The translations under genes and the position numbers were made by a program. The notes under the pieces are model-generated. The model ran no database searches. It was not told where the DNA came from and saw only the letters and a program-made list of their open reading frames with translations. A DNA stretch of 64,000 nt from the human T2T-CHM13v2.0 reference genome, Homo sapiens: the NCBI RefSeq assembly GCF_009914755.1, contig NC_060931.1; one strand, given 5' to 3'. Below are positions 13,702 through 31,371 of the stretch, one piece after another (position 1 is the stretch's first letter; each line of letters opens with the position of its first letter).

Positions 13702-16700
13702 GACACTTAAATTCTGACTATCCCAAATGATTAGTCTAAATTAATCATGATAATTCCATTTCACCATGATCAATTTAGGAATGAGTTTGAGGGAAAATAT
13801 TCTTGGGGACTTCCTGAAAAAGTTTCCTCATATCTAATGATAAGACCGAAGGAGATGGTCTCCTCCTTCCATGGACATTTCATCTTTGGATGTGATCCCT
13901 GGACCTGTAGCAGATATCCTGCAACCAAGCAGGGTGTCCTCCATCCTGAGGCAAAGCCAGCACACAGCAGAATGCAGAGATGGCATCTGCCCTACCTCTC
14001 AACTTCTGGTTTTGTAGATAACACATTTCCTTGCAGTTTCAGTCAATTAGGGTCATGTTTTACATCATTTACAGTCAAAACTATTGTCAAAGGTTATAAA
14101 TAATAATATAATTGGGGGCTGCATTAGTGTAAGTATAGTTTCTAAGGCAAGTGTGAAGTGTGAGAAATTAGTTAGGTAAAAGCCATGCTGCTGCTATAAC
14201 AAAGAGCCCCCAGATTCCTCAGAGCAAAACAGGATCCAGGTTTATTTTTCACATAAGCAGGGGGAAGTTGGCACAGTTCTCATCCTAGAAAGGCAGCTCT
14301 GTCATCTTCAGCACAAGGCTTCTAATCTTGCTCCAGGTATCACTCACACTTGGGAAAGAAAAAAGAGCATGAAAAGGCACATGCCTGATGCCTTCAGGAG
14401 CAAGTTCAGAAGCAGGACACATTGCTCTCTATAGGGGCTGTGAGGAGCTGCAGGGGAGGTGGCGTCAGTGCCTGGGCAGTAGCTGGGGCCTGGACAAAGC
14501 TTGGGCAGTGAGGGACAGACAGAGATGGATGCTGGTAGCCATCAACATTTAGCATAGCACAAATTTTTCCTAATCATGGTACTCCTGGACTATTGTTTAT
14601 CATTAAGAGGAGACACAAGAAGTACAAACAAGGCCAGAGGAGAATCACAAGGAGCCAACCAGCAGATGAGGTGACTCAAAGCCACATCATGGGAGGACGG
14701 TGGTGGTGGGGGCTGATGGGGCTTAGGCTGGGGAAGGAAGACCACCAGGGCTGCCAAGGCAGGAGGAAGAACACAACACTTCCTCACATGTGTGAGAGAT
14801 TATCGTGTGGAGAAGTGGTTAAATGATTAATTTTGACTCCGGGGCAAAGACCTTCCATTTGGTGGAGTTTACAGAGCAGGTTATGGCTCAACATCAGAAG
14901 GGAACAAAAGAACAAAAGAATAATAGCAGTTGAAGTCACTCATGATTAGAATAAAGAAACGCCAGTGAGTCACATGGAGGAGATAATACAGACCTGGTGG
15001 CTCATCAAGGAGGTATTATAGCCCTCAAACAGGTGAAGATGAAGAAAACATTTTCCCTTACAAACAATAATGCACCTGTATTTGATCTGCTGTAAAGGTC
15101 TTTGACCTATGATTTACCAACTTCCAGTGTGCTTAAGTCTAGTATAGAGATAAGGGCAATTGAAATGAGACTATGTATTACTGATATATAGGAGACTTAT
15201 GATTTTAAAAGTCATCCTCATCTTTGTATGAGTTTCTTAGTCTCATAAGAATTTGAATTTCAGGACTGGCCTTTAGCACATGAATGTCTTCTCTGACCCA
15301 GCATGCTGAGGAACAGGCTTGGACACTGACTTCCCACTGACCTCAAAGGCAGTGCTGTTCTTGAACAGGACTTACTTCAAATGCAAGGCAGAACTTTTTA
15401 TTCTGGAAAGAATTGTGCCCATAGAACAGACACTGGCGATCATATCGTTTTTAAAAAATGATATTCAGCTAACAGGTTGTTATATTAGTAACTAAACTAG
15501 AAGTTCTTGTCCTATGGAGAGAATCTCAAGTCTTTGAAAACATATTCTTTCCTACCCTTCACTCAAGTAATTTATCTGCTCTGAAAAATGCCAAAAACAT
15601 ACCACTGTGCCCTGCCCAGTGCCACAGACATTTCCACTTATTTTTTAGGCTAAGCAGCAAATGTGGATCCAAAAGTGGAAGAAATCAGACACTGCTGATG
15701 GCAGATGTCTTGCCAATAGGTCAGATGGCTGCATGTTTTTAATCAAGCAGGCCCCATCACCTGAGAGCAGAGATCAAATTATCAAGGTGGTGTGTGTGGA
15801 CAGCTTTTTGCAGCCACTGGCAGACTCAGTTTCCTTTGTCAATTTCTGTCTGGGATACGATGCTGTTCAAAATGCTCGTGAGACTTTTGTGGTTAAATTA
15901 TGCTGAAACATGGTGTGTTTTGAGGAGCAAGTTGTCAGCCAACTCAATGATACCACCAGTGGGAGTAGGCCATAACTCAGGCTCAGCTCCTGTATCTCTG
16001 TGTCTTGGTCAGATTCTCTAATTACTCTTCCACCCACACTTCTTGCTGATATTCTCTACGGAGATATTTGGTTACTGATACAAACATATTACTCTTGTCC
16101 CAAATAACTCAGATTTTTTTAGCGTCTGAGAATGGCTCCACCTTTACAGAGTCTAAAAGATGACACAGGCTCTTCCCTCCACCCCTATTTGGGTTTTGGT
16201 CCAGCAGAAAGTGCGAACATATGGTGCGGGGCCCACAGATGAGGCCAAAATCTCATTAGGTAGAAATCTGAGCAATTCGGGATGTCCAAATACTGCAGAA
16301 GCTCAGATGCCTTCATGCTTTGGAGCTTTCATCTATAAAAGACACTTGGGGAAAGGATAAACCATGGGCTGGGTGGGAGAAAGGAGGTGCCCAGAAAGAG
16401 CACTTGTTATGCACATTTGTGACTAGACTATTCTCTTGTTTGCTAGGAAAAATAATTAATATTTGCACTGGTTTTTAAGTTAATACCATTTTCAACTTAT
16501 TGTAATTTTGTATGCTATAACAACCTCGTTATTTTTTAATTATTTTTTTTTTACTTTGAGATAACTGTAGATTCACACACAGTTGTAAGACATAATACAG
16601 AACACTCCTATGTACCTTTTACCAGGTTTTCCTCAATGGTCACATCTTGCAAAATTACAAAACAATATCCCAGCCAGGATATTGACATTGATACAATTAA

Positions 16701-16859
16701 CGTAAAGAACATTCCATCACCAAGATCCCTTCTGCTGTCCTTTTATAGATGCACCTAAGCCTTCTTCCTTCCTTCCTCACCGTCTTTTCATCCCTGACTC
16801 CTGGCAACCACGAACTGCTTCCCTTGTCTATAATCTTGTCATTTTAAGAATGTTATATT

Positions 16860-17164
<305 letters not shown>

Positions 17165-17805
17165 TCATATAGTATGTAACCTTTTGAGTTTGGCTTTTTG
17201 CACTCACTCAGCATAATTCTCTGGAGATTCACCCAGGTGGCTGTGTGGATCAATAGTCTTTTTGTCTTTATTGCTTAGTAGCATTCCATGATATGAAGGG
17301 ACCACAGTTTGTTTAACCATTCACTCAGTGAAAGCTATTTCCAGTTCAGAGGTGTCACAAATAAAGCTGCTGTGAACATTCATGTGCAGGTTTTTATGTA
17401 AACCTAAGTCTTCACTTCTTTGGGATCTATGATCCAGATAATTTCTGGGCGATAAGTTTTCATGTTTCATTTTATAAGAAACTGCCAAACTATTTCCCAT
17501 AGTTGCTGTACCATTTTACATTCCCATCAGTAATGTATGAGTGATGTGGTCTTTGCATTCTTCCCAGCATTTGGTGTTGTCACTATTTTTTATTTTAGTC
17601 TTTCTAAGGTATGTAGTGATATATCATTATGGTCTTAATTTCCAGTTCCCTAACGGCTAGTGATAGTCACATCTTTTCATGTGTTTGCCATCTGTACATC
17701 TTCTTCAGTGAAATGTCTGTTCATTATTTTGGTCCATTTTCTAATTAGATTATTTACATTTTTACTGTTGAATTCTGAGGCTTCTTTATATATTGTAGAT
17801 ACTAG

Positions 17806-18218
<413 letters not shown>

Positions 18219-19991
18219 AGAACAAAAATTTTCAATTTTTAAAGTTCCAATTTCTGATTTTCTCCTGTTTTTTTCTCCTGCAAATTTGACAGTTTCATGT
18301 TTTGCATAAAACATTGTTCATGATCCATTTTGAATTATTTTTGTATATGGTATGAGGTATAGGTACAAGTTCTTTTTGTTTTCTTTTGCTTTTGGATGTT
18401 CAATTGCATCGGTAACATTGTCAAAAATGCTATTCTTCCTTCAATGAATTGCTTCAGCACCTTTGTCAAGATGAGTTTGGCATATTTGTGTGAGTCCATT
18501 CTGGGATCTCTATTCCTGGGATCTATTCTGTTCCAAGGATCTTTGTCTCTTCCCCTCTGTCAGGACCACATGGTGTTGATTGCTGTGGCTGCATAGTATA
18601 GTATAACCACCTTCTGTGCAAGGCATCCAGTTCCTCCCCTCTCCACTCTGACCCACCATCCAATAAACCAGCTGTCTATGAGAGTTATAAATAATGTCAC
18701 CTGCAGATTTTGAAAAAAGATGCTCAACTTCTGCAGGGTGCAGGGTGTTGTAGGTCCTTCAAAGGTCAGTGCATATTTCTAAACTTTAATAATTACATTT
18801 CCTTACTCCTGCCTGGCAACAGGACAAGGATGTTGGTCAAAAAAAAACCACAGTAACTTATGAAAGTAGAGACTGCAAGGAGGCCCTGGCAAGCACAAAT
18901 CTCTGGAAAATTATTCAACTCAGGACAACTGCAGCAGAAAACTTTCCTAAGGTCTCTACTTTTTCAAGGACAAGGGCTAGTATTTCAGTAATACTTAAAT
19001 TGATTATAAACTAGCAAGAGAAGCCAGGAAGAAGGTCACCATGAGAAAAGAGTTCCTCCCTACAGTCCCAGAGATTTGTATAACCTCATTCTATATTTAC
19101 TTGAATTCTGAAGATCAGATAGAATAAATCTCCACACTGGTGTAGTGAATGATGACATTGGTACACCCATGTGTGCTAGCTGTAACTTGGACCCTCTGTC
19201 TTCCCCTCAAGAAAAGTCTACTGGGATAGTGGTTGAGTGAACATGGCTTTGAATAGGGAAACCCTTGAATCTGCTCTAATTTTTCTTCTCCTTGGTCCTA
19301 CTTAAAATCAATTAATTGTCAAGCCTTTCAACTATATGTTGAGTAATAAATTATTCAAGACATAGTTAAGAGTGCAAAACCAGTGGGAACTGCTGTACTA
19401 GATTTTACCAAAGATAGACACTCACTCCCAAACCGCTGGGGAAATGGATTCGATCTTTACTAAAGGTGTTGTGCTGGTGACATGGATGAGGTATGTCTTT
19501 GGGGATTCTTACGTGATTTTATCCCTTGAGAATGAGTCACTTACCTGAGGAGGAGGCAACAGGAGCTCCTGACCTCAGAGGCTCTCCTACATTCCTGCGT
19601 TCTGTAACTTAGAAAGCCATTGGGAGTATACATTGATAGCTATATGGTATTTTAGGGAAGACTCAATGGCATTTCTATTTAAAAGTATTATTTAAAATAG
19701 CAAAAAAAATCATCTTTTGTTATTACTTGATCTTTTCCACAGTCAAATACTCAGATAATCTACTTGTTTTATAATTTTAATGATAATCAACATGTACTAA
19801 CATACAAACATCATTCTTATAAAAGCATTTATAAATTAAGATCTACACAGAGTAAAAAAGAAGAGTTTGCTAATTTTTTGAGTATTTTGTTTTAGTTTTG
19901 TCAGATTAGTGAAACTAAATTTTTCAAAAAGCTAGAATTAATGGAAAACTATAATACTTTCTTCAAATATTTACATTTGCTTAAATGTATT

Positions 19992-20355
19992 TGTTTTGGG
20001 TTGAATTGTTCTTCCTCCAGAACAAAAAAGGCACTGGTGGATGTGACCTTATTTTGCTGATGATCAAGCTAAGATAAGGTAATTAGGGTCGGTCCTAATC
20101 CAATATGATTGTGTTATAAAAAGAGAAAATTTGGACACCCAGGGAGAATGCCCTGTAAAAAAGAGAACTACACTGCCACAAGCCAAGGAGCTAAGGGAAG
20201 CTGGAGAGATGCCTGGAACAGATCCTTCACCAGGGCCTTCAGAGGGAGCGTGGCCCTGCTGACACCCTGACCTTGGACTTCTGGCCTCCAGACTACAAGA
20301 GAATAAATTTCTGTTTGTGGCACTTTGTCATGGCAGCCCTAGCAAACTAATGCAG
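19992..20355 (+). mobile_element. MLT1 (MaLR) solo LTR
   Basis: TGTTTTGGGTTGAATTGT...CCTGGAACAGATCCTTC...GGACTTCTGGCCTCCAG...CTAGCAAACTAATGCA. Confidence 0.75.
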
Positions 20356-20985
20356 TATTTTACATATTCTTTTGGGAAATAATTGTAGTTTGCAAGACTC
20401 CAATTGAAATAGAAACCTCAAAAAGAAGCCAGCCGACAGTGTATTTTAGTCCTTGAGAATTCAACTTTCTTGAACCCTGCTAGGAGACAATTTGGCCCAA
20501 GTAAATAAATTATGTGTTCACAGTCATACAGAAGCCCTGGTTTATATCCTTAGTGCCTCGAGTGCCATTCTAGCACACATCTAAATAAAAGGGATTAACA
20601 ATAATATTTCAACTTCATTGGAGCTATGTCTGCCAGGAAGGAATGAATCAGCAGCCACAAAAACATTCCTGCTTGTGAAGTCATCCCGGGAAGACTTAGT
20701 ATAATCCATGAAAGCAGAGAGAATTCATTTCAGAAGGCTGTCTGCTTCAACATTTCTCTTTAGGTTTTAAGTTATTCCCACTTCCAATATATTAAGTATT
20801 TGTAAGCCATATCTAGTTCTTTTAAATTTAATTAGCTTTTCTTGTGATGTCCATCATGGGAAAAATTCCAAGACATACTTAGAAACATAGAAAAGCTTAG
20901 AAAAAATAAGAACCATTAAAACAAATCATATCTCACAACTATGACCCTATCATTTTGTCATCTCTTTACTTGAGTAATACAATAG

Positions 20986-21298
<313 letters not shown>

Positions 21299-22135
21299 TA
21301 AAAGCGTTTCACTTGGAAATAATTTTAAACTTAATAAGAAAGTTACAAGAGTAATTCAGAAGTACTCAGCTACCCTTTCCAGAGCCACCTATTAGCATTT
21401 TCCCATGCTTGCTTTATTAGTTGCCCTTTTCTATCCATATACATCACCCACCACTTCTTTTTGCTCAATAACCAGTTCACTAAATATTTACTGAGTGCTG
21501 GTCTCTGTGGAAGCCACAGTGGTGGAGAGAAAGTCATGAGAACTCAGCTAGCAAGGGCAGAACCAGGATGTGAGAGCAGGTGAGAATGATCATTTTTAGT
21601 TAAGTCTAGGAATATACTGGTCCTTAACATGCTGAATGAAGTCTGGGAACTATGGGGTGCATTCTTCCTGAGCATACCTCATTTGAACTTGATGTTTGCA
21701 TCCTTACCGACCCCTCTCGGCTTCACATGAAGAAACACATCATAACATAGGTCCAAGTGGATACAAAAGTTGCTCAGGTTTTTGTCCATAATTTTGAGAT
21801 TTGTACTTTCCAAGTTCCAGGAATATAATGTTTTCTGAGTGGACATAGTTCACTTTCAAGTCAATGTTGTTCATCTTTGGATCCCCAGCCTCTAGAATTG
21901 TGCCTGGCACAAAAATACTTGAGGAATGCATGAAACGTGAAAGTGTTAATAGTCTCTATTAAAGCTATAGACAGCACTTACAGCATGCAGACACGAACTC
22001 CTTTAACTCCTTTACCTCTCTCAGTGGTCTCATGGGAGAGGCTCTACTACTGTCCTCCTTTTACAGAGTAGGATGTAAAGACACCAAGAAGTTAAGTCGC
22101 TTTCCTACAGTCACCCAGCCAGTAGTTAAAACTGA

Positions 22136-22551
<416 letters not shown>

Positions 22552-24165
22552 AATATTTCATTTTAAAAAGCCCCTTCTAGCCTGTTTCTTCCTCAAGGAT
22601 TCAAACTTAGTGTTCAGATACATTGCATCATCTGTTAGAAAATACCAAAGTCAATGAAGATTCAGTAAGTTTACAGAACCTAACTATAACTACAAAAACT
22701 TCTAGATTTGAGGGAACTCAGTAAATTTCTTTGACAGTCACCTGTGACGGGGGCTACGTAAACGCATTGGGAAAAGCTAAGTATTCTAAATCTTCTCATT
22801 ATTTTACAAACTGGCAAGTTAAAGGAAGAAGCTGAGAGAAAATTCACCCTCTTGATGGCTTCCTGCTCCTAAGTAACACTGACCAGCAGAGTTCAGAGCA
22901 CAAACCTTGCTGAAAAGAGTGGCTGTGGACTGTGGCACGCCAGTCTTCACAGATTGTGTTGGGGACCCCAAATGTGAAAGGGAATGCAGATTTTCCACAG
23001 TTATAAAAACCATCTCACCTTCCTCCTGGCAGGTAGGTGCTAAGGAATTACACTGAAAAAAATAAAGGCAAAAATCCTCTAGGAGAGACTCTGTGCCCTG
23101 AGGTCAGGCGCTCCCCTCTGGATGTTCCTGCCTTACGCAATGGTATTCACAAAAGCAAATCAAGAGGAAAATATGTGGAGGAAAAACCCTTCTGACATCT
23201 CTAAATTGCATCCACTGACTAGTGGCCTAGCCAGCTCCTGCAAAGTGGTGAGTCATCGCAGTAGAGAAGAGGCCCGAGCAAGGAGCAGGGCAAGAGCTCG
23301 GAGGTCCTTCTGCCCAATCAGCAGCAGCCCCCGGCTGGGAGGTCTCTTCGGGGTCCAAGGCTACATAGCTGAGAGGCCACAGAGTGCCAAGAACCGTTAA
23401 GGGGGCCGAGCTGGCAAGGGGGAGAAGGTGGGGGCTGGCAACTCACCGCATTTTGTTGCCATGAGTCACTTTAAAAATACAAAGAACAATATGATTTGTA
23501 GGTGGTTATTGATAGCTCCAGGCATCCAATCCTTCTAGTTTATAAAGATACAAATCTTAATTATTAATGGTTAAGATGAAGAAACAAATAAATGCCTTGA
23601 AGTTAGGAAATTCAAACGAATTGTTTCCTCAGATCCCCTCACACAAAAAAGGGTCTGTTCTGTAAAGTCCAGCTTGCTTGGCCTATTCCAAGACCAATGA
23701 CATTCCTGGTTCTTTCCCAGGGAGGCCAGCTAAACTCATGTTGCAGAAACTTGAGTTCTGCAGGCAGAAACCCACCTGGGAGCCAGGTGAGAGAGACCCA
23801 CCCTTGGCAGCATTAACTTTTTGCCAAACATACTTTTGATAAATACCTCATAAAGTGATAGTCCAGAAAGCGTTGTGTTTTCCTGTGGAATGAAACCAAA
23901 GTTATGATTGCATTGTTGCTGAAAACGTCCCACTCATACACAAGAAAAGTAAGTCATAAGGGCAAAGACAGCACCTACAAGCCTCCACCATCATTTGAGG
24001 GAAATTCTTTTCTCAGCCATAGGAAATTAGTATAGATTACTATGTGTTGTAACTGTATAAGGACTCACAATAGTGTGTGTTGTGTATATAAAGGACTGCT
24101 CAACCATATTATAAATTTAAAGTTCTTGCTAGTTATATGAGCTATAAAATATATAAACAAATTAA

Positions 24166-24520
<355 letters not shown>

Positions 24521-24756
24521 TGTTGTAGGACTTTTGAACTGACAATCTTTTTGTCCTTAACCTTAGTAGTAAAGGCTCTGATGTTGTATTATTAAATATA
24601 ATACTGACATTTAACTTGAGCTATATTCCTATTTTTTTTAAAAATATCGATTTCATTTTTATTAAGAATATGTTTTAATACTTAGGAATGAATGTTGAAT
24701 TTTATCAAATGCAGCCATGGAAAAAATAAAATGATAGCTTCCTCCCTGTTTGGTGA

Positions 24757-25406
<650 letters not shown>

Positions 25407-26321
25407 TATTAATAAATTTTTAATATTAAAACATTTGTATCCTGATTTAATACTCATATGATCATGGGATATAATTTTCTTAATCTGCTGCTGGATTCTA
25501 TTTGTTAATGTTTTATTTAGATTTTTGGTATCAAAAATCAATAAGACTGACATGTAGTTTTATTTTTAATTTGGAATATTTTTGTCCAGTTTTTAGATCA
25601 ATAAATTGCTTGTTTCATAAAAACACATTCGGAAGCTTTTCTTCTGTCTCTGCTGTGGCACAGTTTGAAGATCGTTCTGGACTTACATGCTTCTTAATAG
25701 TTTGGTGTATTTTCTCTGTGAAACCATCTGGGACTGGTGCTTTTGGAGGGATAGAACTTCAAATACTGTTTCAGATTTCTGTCTCTACTCAAGTCAGTTT
25801 GTTGCATAATAAACAATGATAACTGTTCTCTCCTTCCAAAATTTTATAATTTATTTAATTTCCTAAAGGTTATTTTCTGTTTCTCATTTTTATTTTGTAT
25901 ATGAATTGTACTCACTTTGTTCATCATATTTAGATACATTAGCCAATAATTTGTCAATTTAATTGTTCGTAAAAAGATGCATCTCTTGGATTACTTCATT
26001 TTGCTGTTGATTTCATTAAATTATACTTTCATTCTTTCAACTTCTTTCCTTCTGTTTTGCTTAGTGTGTGTGTCTGTGTGTATATTTGTGTGTGTTGTGA
26101 ATTTTTCCTATTTGAGCTGAACACACACTTAGTTTACTTTTATTTGTTGTTGCTCCACTTTATATACCATGGGTTTTCGTCTGTCAGTGCTTTCTGCTAA
26201 GCACTAATTAGCAGTATATATTGTCCTTCGTTTTAATCCCATCATTCAAAAATAACAATATATACCTTATGGTTTAAATATAAATACATACAATTATCTT
26301 TCTTCTAAAATTTTCAATTAA

Positions 26322-27541
<1,220 letters not shown>

Positions 27542-29131
27542 CATGTTCTAGTTTTAATAGATGTGAATCCATTTCTTCCCTGGGACACAGTTCTTTTTTA
27601 AATATATAGGTGTATATCTCTTTTCCAGTAAAGTCTTTTAAAATTATATTTTAAAATATTTTTTTCTGTTCAAATTTTCTGGGCTTTTTTAGGGGAGACA
27701 CTAATTATAGATACCCTTTCCGTGTCTTACGCACATTCTTCCTGGTCTGATTTCCATGTGTATTACTTTTCCTAAAATCAATTTTAACTTTTTTTCTCTT
27801 GCAGAATTTTCCCAAATATGTCATCCATATAGTTTATTCTCTTTTCTGTGAATCTATTTGCTTTATTTTTTTCTTTTCCATTTCTTTCCTCAACTCTGTT
27901 AATTCACTGTCTTTTTATTTCATCTTGGAGTTCTTTCATCTTGGCTTCAAACTGTCATTTCAAAGAGACATTTTTTTTTTTTCATTAACTTAACCTTTGT
28001 GTGGAGAACATCTCGGTTACAATTTTTACCTGTTGATGGCAATTGTTTTCAAAGTTATACCCTTCATCTTCACTTTTGGTCATTTTTACATACTGCTTTT
28101 TCCTGAAGCAGATTTGCATAGATGCAATAATTATTTGCTTTTATTATTTCTACTCCTCTCTACATGTGGAAGTTCATCTTTTCATAAACGGTGTTCTTCC
28201 CTGGGTTGTTGTGAATTAGGGCCCGGGAAGGGCTGGGGCAGAGAGCTTATAGCAGGTACTTCATGTTCTCCTCTGCCTTCAGAGAGCTCCTTCATTGCCA
28301 CTCAGTCATGTGAACATGACAGCTCTGGGCCAGCAGAGTATCTCTCTGGATCTCAGGGAAGTTACCACTGGAAGCTATTTATCTTTGGGGCATGGCACTC
28401 ATCCTTCTTTTTCACTGTGTACCTGGCACATGGTGTGTCTACTGGTGTTGATTTTTCTATAGTTTGCAAGTAGTGTGACTCTAGGTCTGTGAACCACCAA
28501 TAGTTCCTCCCCTAGGCAGCCACATCAACAAACAGCTTCCTACAAAGACGGCTTCCTGCACGTTTTGTCCTTCAGTCCTATGTCCCAGGAACTCTGTGGC
28601 ATTAGGTCTCAGGGAGATTCCTTAAACTCTTTAGTGCTCTATAATCTATTCGTCCAAACCAGGGGCCTTTGTTGGCTCCTCCAGATACACTGTCTAACTT
28701 GGAGAATTCTGTGTGCTCTTGGAAATGGTAGCATCCTTTCTCCTTTTGGTCTAAGTTTTACTGTTCTTGGCATCCATTCTTGAGATTACTGGTCACATTC
28801 TGGGCCATAGATTTCTGGTTTTTTTTTTGTTTCTGGGAAGATCGAGTTTCCATTTCTGTTTCTCAGTCTCCTTGTTGATTTCAGTTGTAATCAGAAATAA
28901 GGGGCAGACAGATACTTATGCTACCATTTTCAACTGGAAGTCACATCATGGACTTTAAATTTTTAAGTGGTTCTTTAGTTCTGGCCAGAGCATATCTTAT
29001 CAGCAGTATGATATCTAAAGAATATTTATGCAAATGGACCTTATAATTTGGAAAAACAACTATTCCAAAACTCCTTTAGAACTTAAATTGCTATGAAGAA
29101 AATTGACATAAATAATTTTGCATGGTCTTAC

Positions 29132-29302
29132 CTCAGCAGCTTGGTAACTAGAAATGTCCACTAAGGGACTCTCTTCTGTCCTTGCCTCCCCTGTGTTGTT
29201 GGATGTTTTTTCCAGAAGGGGGAGTTGTAGGCTGTCGGACAAACCATTAATCTTCATCAGAAGTTCGTCTAACAGATTTGCAAATTCATCCAAGTAGTAA
29301 TT
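29132..29302 (-). CDS. PKD1L1: PKD1L1 exon (~56): NYYLDEFANLLDELLMKINGLSDSL...SSYQAAE (coiled-coil)
   Basis: Acceptor ttcccttcag, donor GAG|gtaaga; 171 nt; heptad-like Leu pattern. Confidence 0.94.
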
Positions 29303-30207
29303 CTGAAGGGAAGAAAATTAGATTAGTAAATGCATTCAAGAATCTCATTATCCCCCTTTCCTCATTATGTGAAGCATTTAGGGGTATCATCTGTAGACAG
29401 TATTGGGCTATGTTAGGAAACATACTGACTCTGCCTGCAGTTAGAAGACCTGGGTGCTGGGCCTACTCTTACATCTCTATATCTCAGTTGCTTCAATAAT
29501 AATGTACGTATACAGATATACATGTAAATGCTACAGTTAATAATGCCTACATAAAAAAAACTATTGAATGGATTTAAAGGCAGTAATGCATCATGCTGCT
29601 ATGGGAAAATAAGGTCATTCTTTCATCCCTTCGATTAATAAATCTTTATTGAGCACTATTAAAAAAATAAGGCAATAATGGATGGGGAAGCACATGACAG
29701 AGAATAAAGCCCTATCAAAATGTACAGTACCGTGATTACATATGACTGCCTTCAGAACCTTACTGGATGATGCTTAAATATCACCTGATATGGTTTGGTT
29801 GTGTCCCCATTCAAATCTCAACTTGAATTGTATCTCCCAGAATTCCTGTGTTGTGGGAGGGACCTGGGGGGAGGTAATTGAATCATGGGGGCTGGTCTTT
29901 CCCGTGCTATTCTTGTGATAGTGAATAAGATCTCATGAGATCTGATGGCTTATCAGGTGTTTCCGCTTTTGCATCTTGCTCATTTTTCTCTTGCCACTGC
30001 CATGTAAGATGTGCCTTTCACCTCTTGCCATGATTCTGAGGCCTCCCCAGCCATGTGGAACTGTAAGTCCAATTAAATATCTTTTTGTCCCCAGTTTCAG
30101 TTATATCTTTATCAGCAGCTTGAAAATGAACTAAAACAGTAAATTGGTACCAGTAGAGTGGGGTGTTGCTGAAAAGATACCCAAAAATGTGAAAGTGACT
30201 TTGGAAC

Positions 30208-31371
30208 TTGATAACAGGCAGAGGTTGGAACAGTTTGGAGGGCTCAGAAAAAGACAGGAAAATGTGGGAAAGTTTGGAACCTCCTAGAGACTTGTGGAAT
30301 GACTCTGACAAAAATGCTGATAGTGATATGAAAAATAAAGTCCAGGCTGAGGTGGTCTCAGATGGAGATAAGGAACTCGTTGGGAACTGGAGCAAAGGTG
30401 ACTCCTGTTATGTTTTAGCAAGAGACTGGCAGCATTTTGCCCCACCCTAGAGATTTGTGGAACTTAGAACTTGAGAGAGATGATTTTTAGGGTATCTGGC
30501 AGAAGAAATTTCTAAGCAGCAAAGCATTCAAAAGGTGACTTGGGTGCTGTTAAAAGCATTCCGTTTTAAATGGGAAATGGAACATAAAAGTTAAAGAAAT
30601 TTGCAGCCTGACAATGCAGTGGAAAAGAAAAACTCATTTTCTGGGGAGAAGTTCAAGCCAGCTGCAGAAATTTGCATAAGTAGCAAGCAGCCTAATGTTA
30701 ATCCCCAAGGCCATGGGGAAAATGTCGCCAAGTCATGTCAGAGACCTTCACAGCAGCCTCTCCCATCATAGGCCTGGATGCCAAGGAGGAATAAGTGGTT
30801 TAGTGGACTGGGCCCAGGTTCCCCGTGCTGTGTGCAGCCTAGAGACTTGGTGCCCTGTGTCCCAGTTGCTCCAGCCATGGCTGAAAGGGGCCATTGTACA
30901 ACTTGGGCTGGGGCTTCAGAGAGTGGAACCCCCAAGCCTTGGCAGCTTCCATGTGGTATTGAGCCTATGGGTGCACAGAAGTCAAGAATTGAGGTTTAGG
31001 AACCTCAGCCTAGATTTCAGAAGATGTATGGAAATGCCTGGATACCCAGGCAAAAGTTTTCTGCAGGGGCGGGGCCCTTATGGAGAACTGCTAGGGCAGT
31101 GTGGAAGGGACCTAGTGGAGCTGTGAGAAGAGGGCCACCATCCTCCAGACTCCAGAATGGTGGATCCTCTGACAACTTGCACTGTGCACCTGGAAAAGCC
31201 ACAGACACTCAATGCCAGCCCATGAAAGCAGCCAGGAAGGAGGCTGTACCCTGCAAAGCTACAGGGGCAGAGCTGCCCAAGACCATGGGAACCCACCTCT
31301 GGCATCAGCATCACCTACATGTGAGCCCTGGAATCAAAGGAGATCATTTTGGAGCTTTAAAATTTGATTGA
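30208..31371 (+). pseudogene. Fragmented THE1 internal ORF remnants
   Basis: Peptides GSEKDRKMWESLE...GNWSKGDSCYVLA and MYGNAWIPRQKF... resemble the MaLR internal ORF; broken by stops and frameshifts. Confidence 0.7.

Noticed and set aside
18660-19500. Unique-looking intronic sequence as a possible pseudogene
   Set aside because: The frames I translated gave short peptides with no recognisable protein similarity
27997-28473. 158-aa plus-strand ORF
   Set aside because: TTG start, low-complexity T-rich sequence, no recognisable domain or splice context
30695-31371. Overlapping 100-140 aa ORFs in the THE1 internal region
   Set aside because: Decayed MaLR internal sequence with frameshifts; not an intact gene
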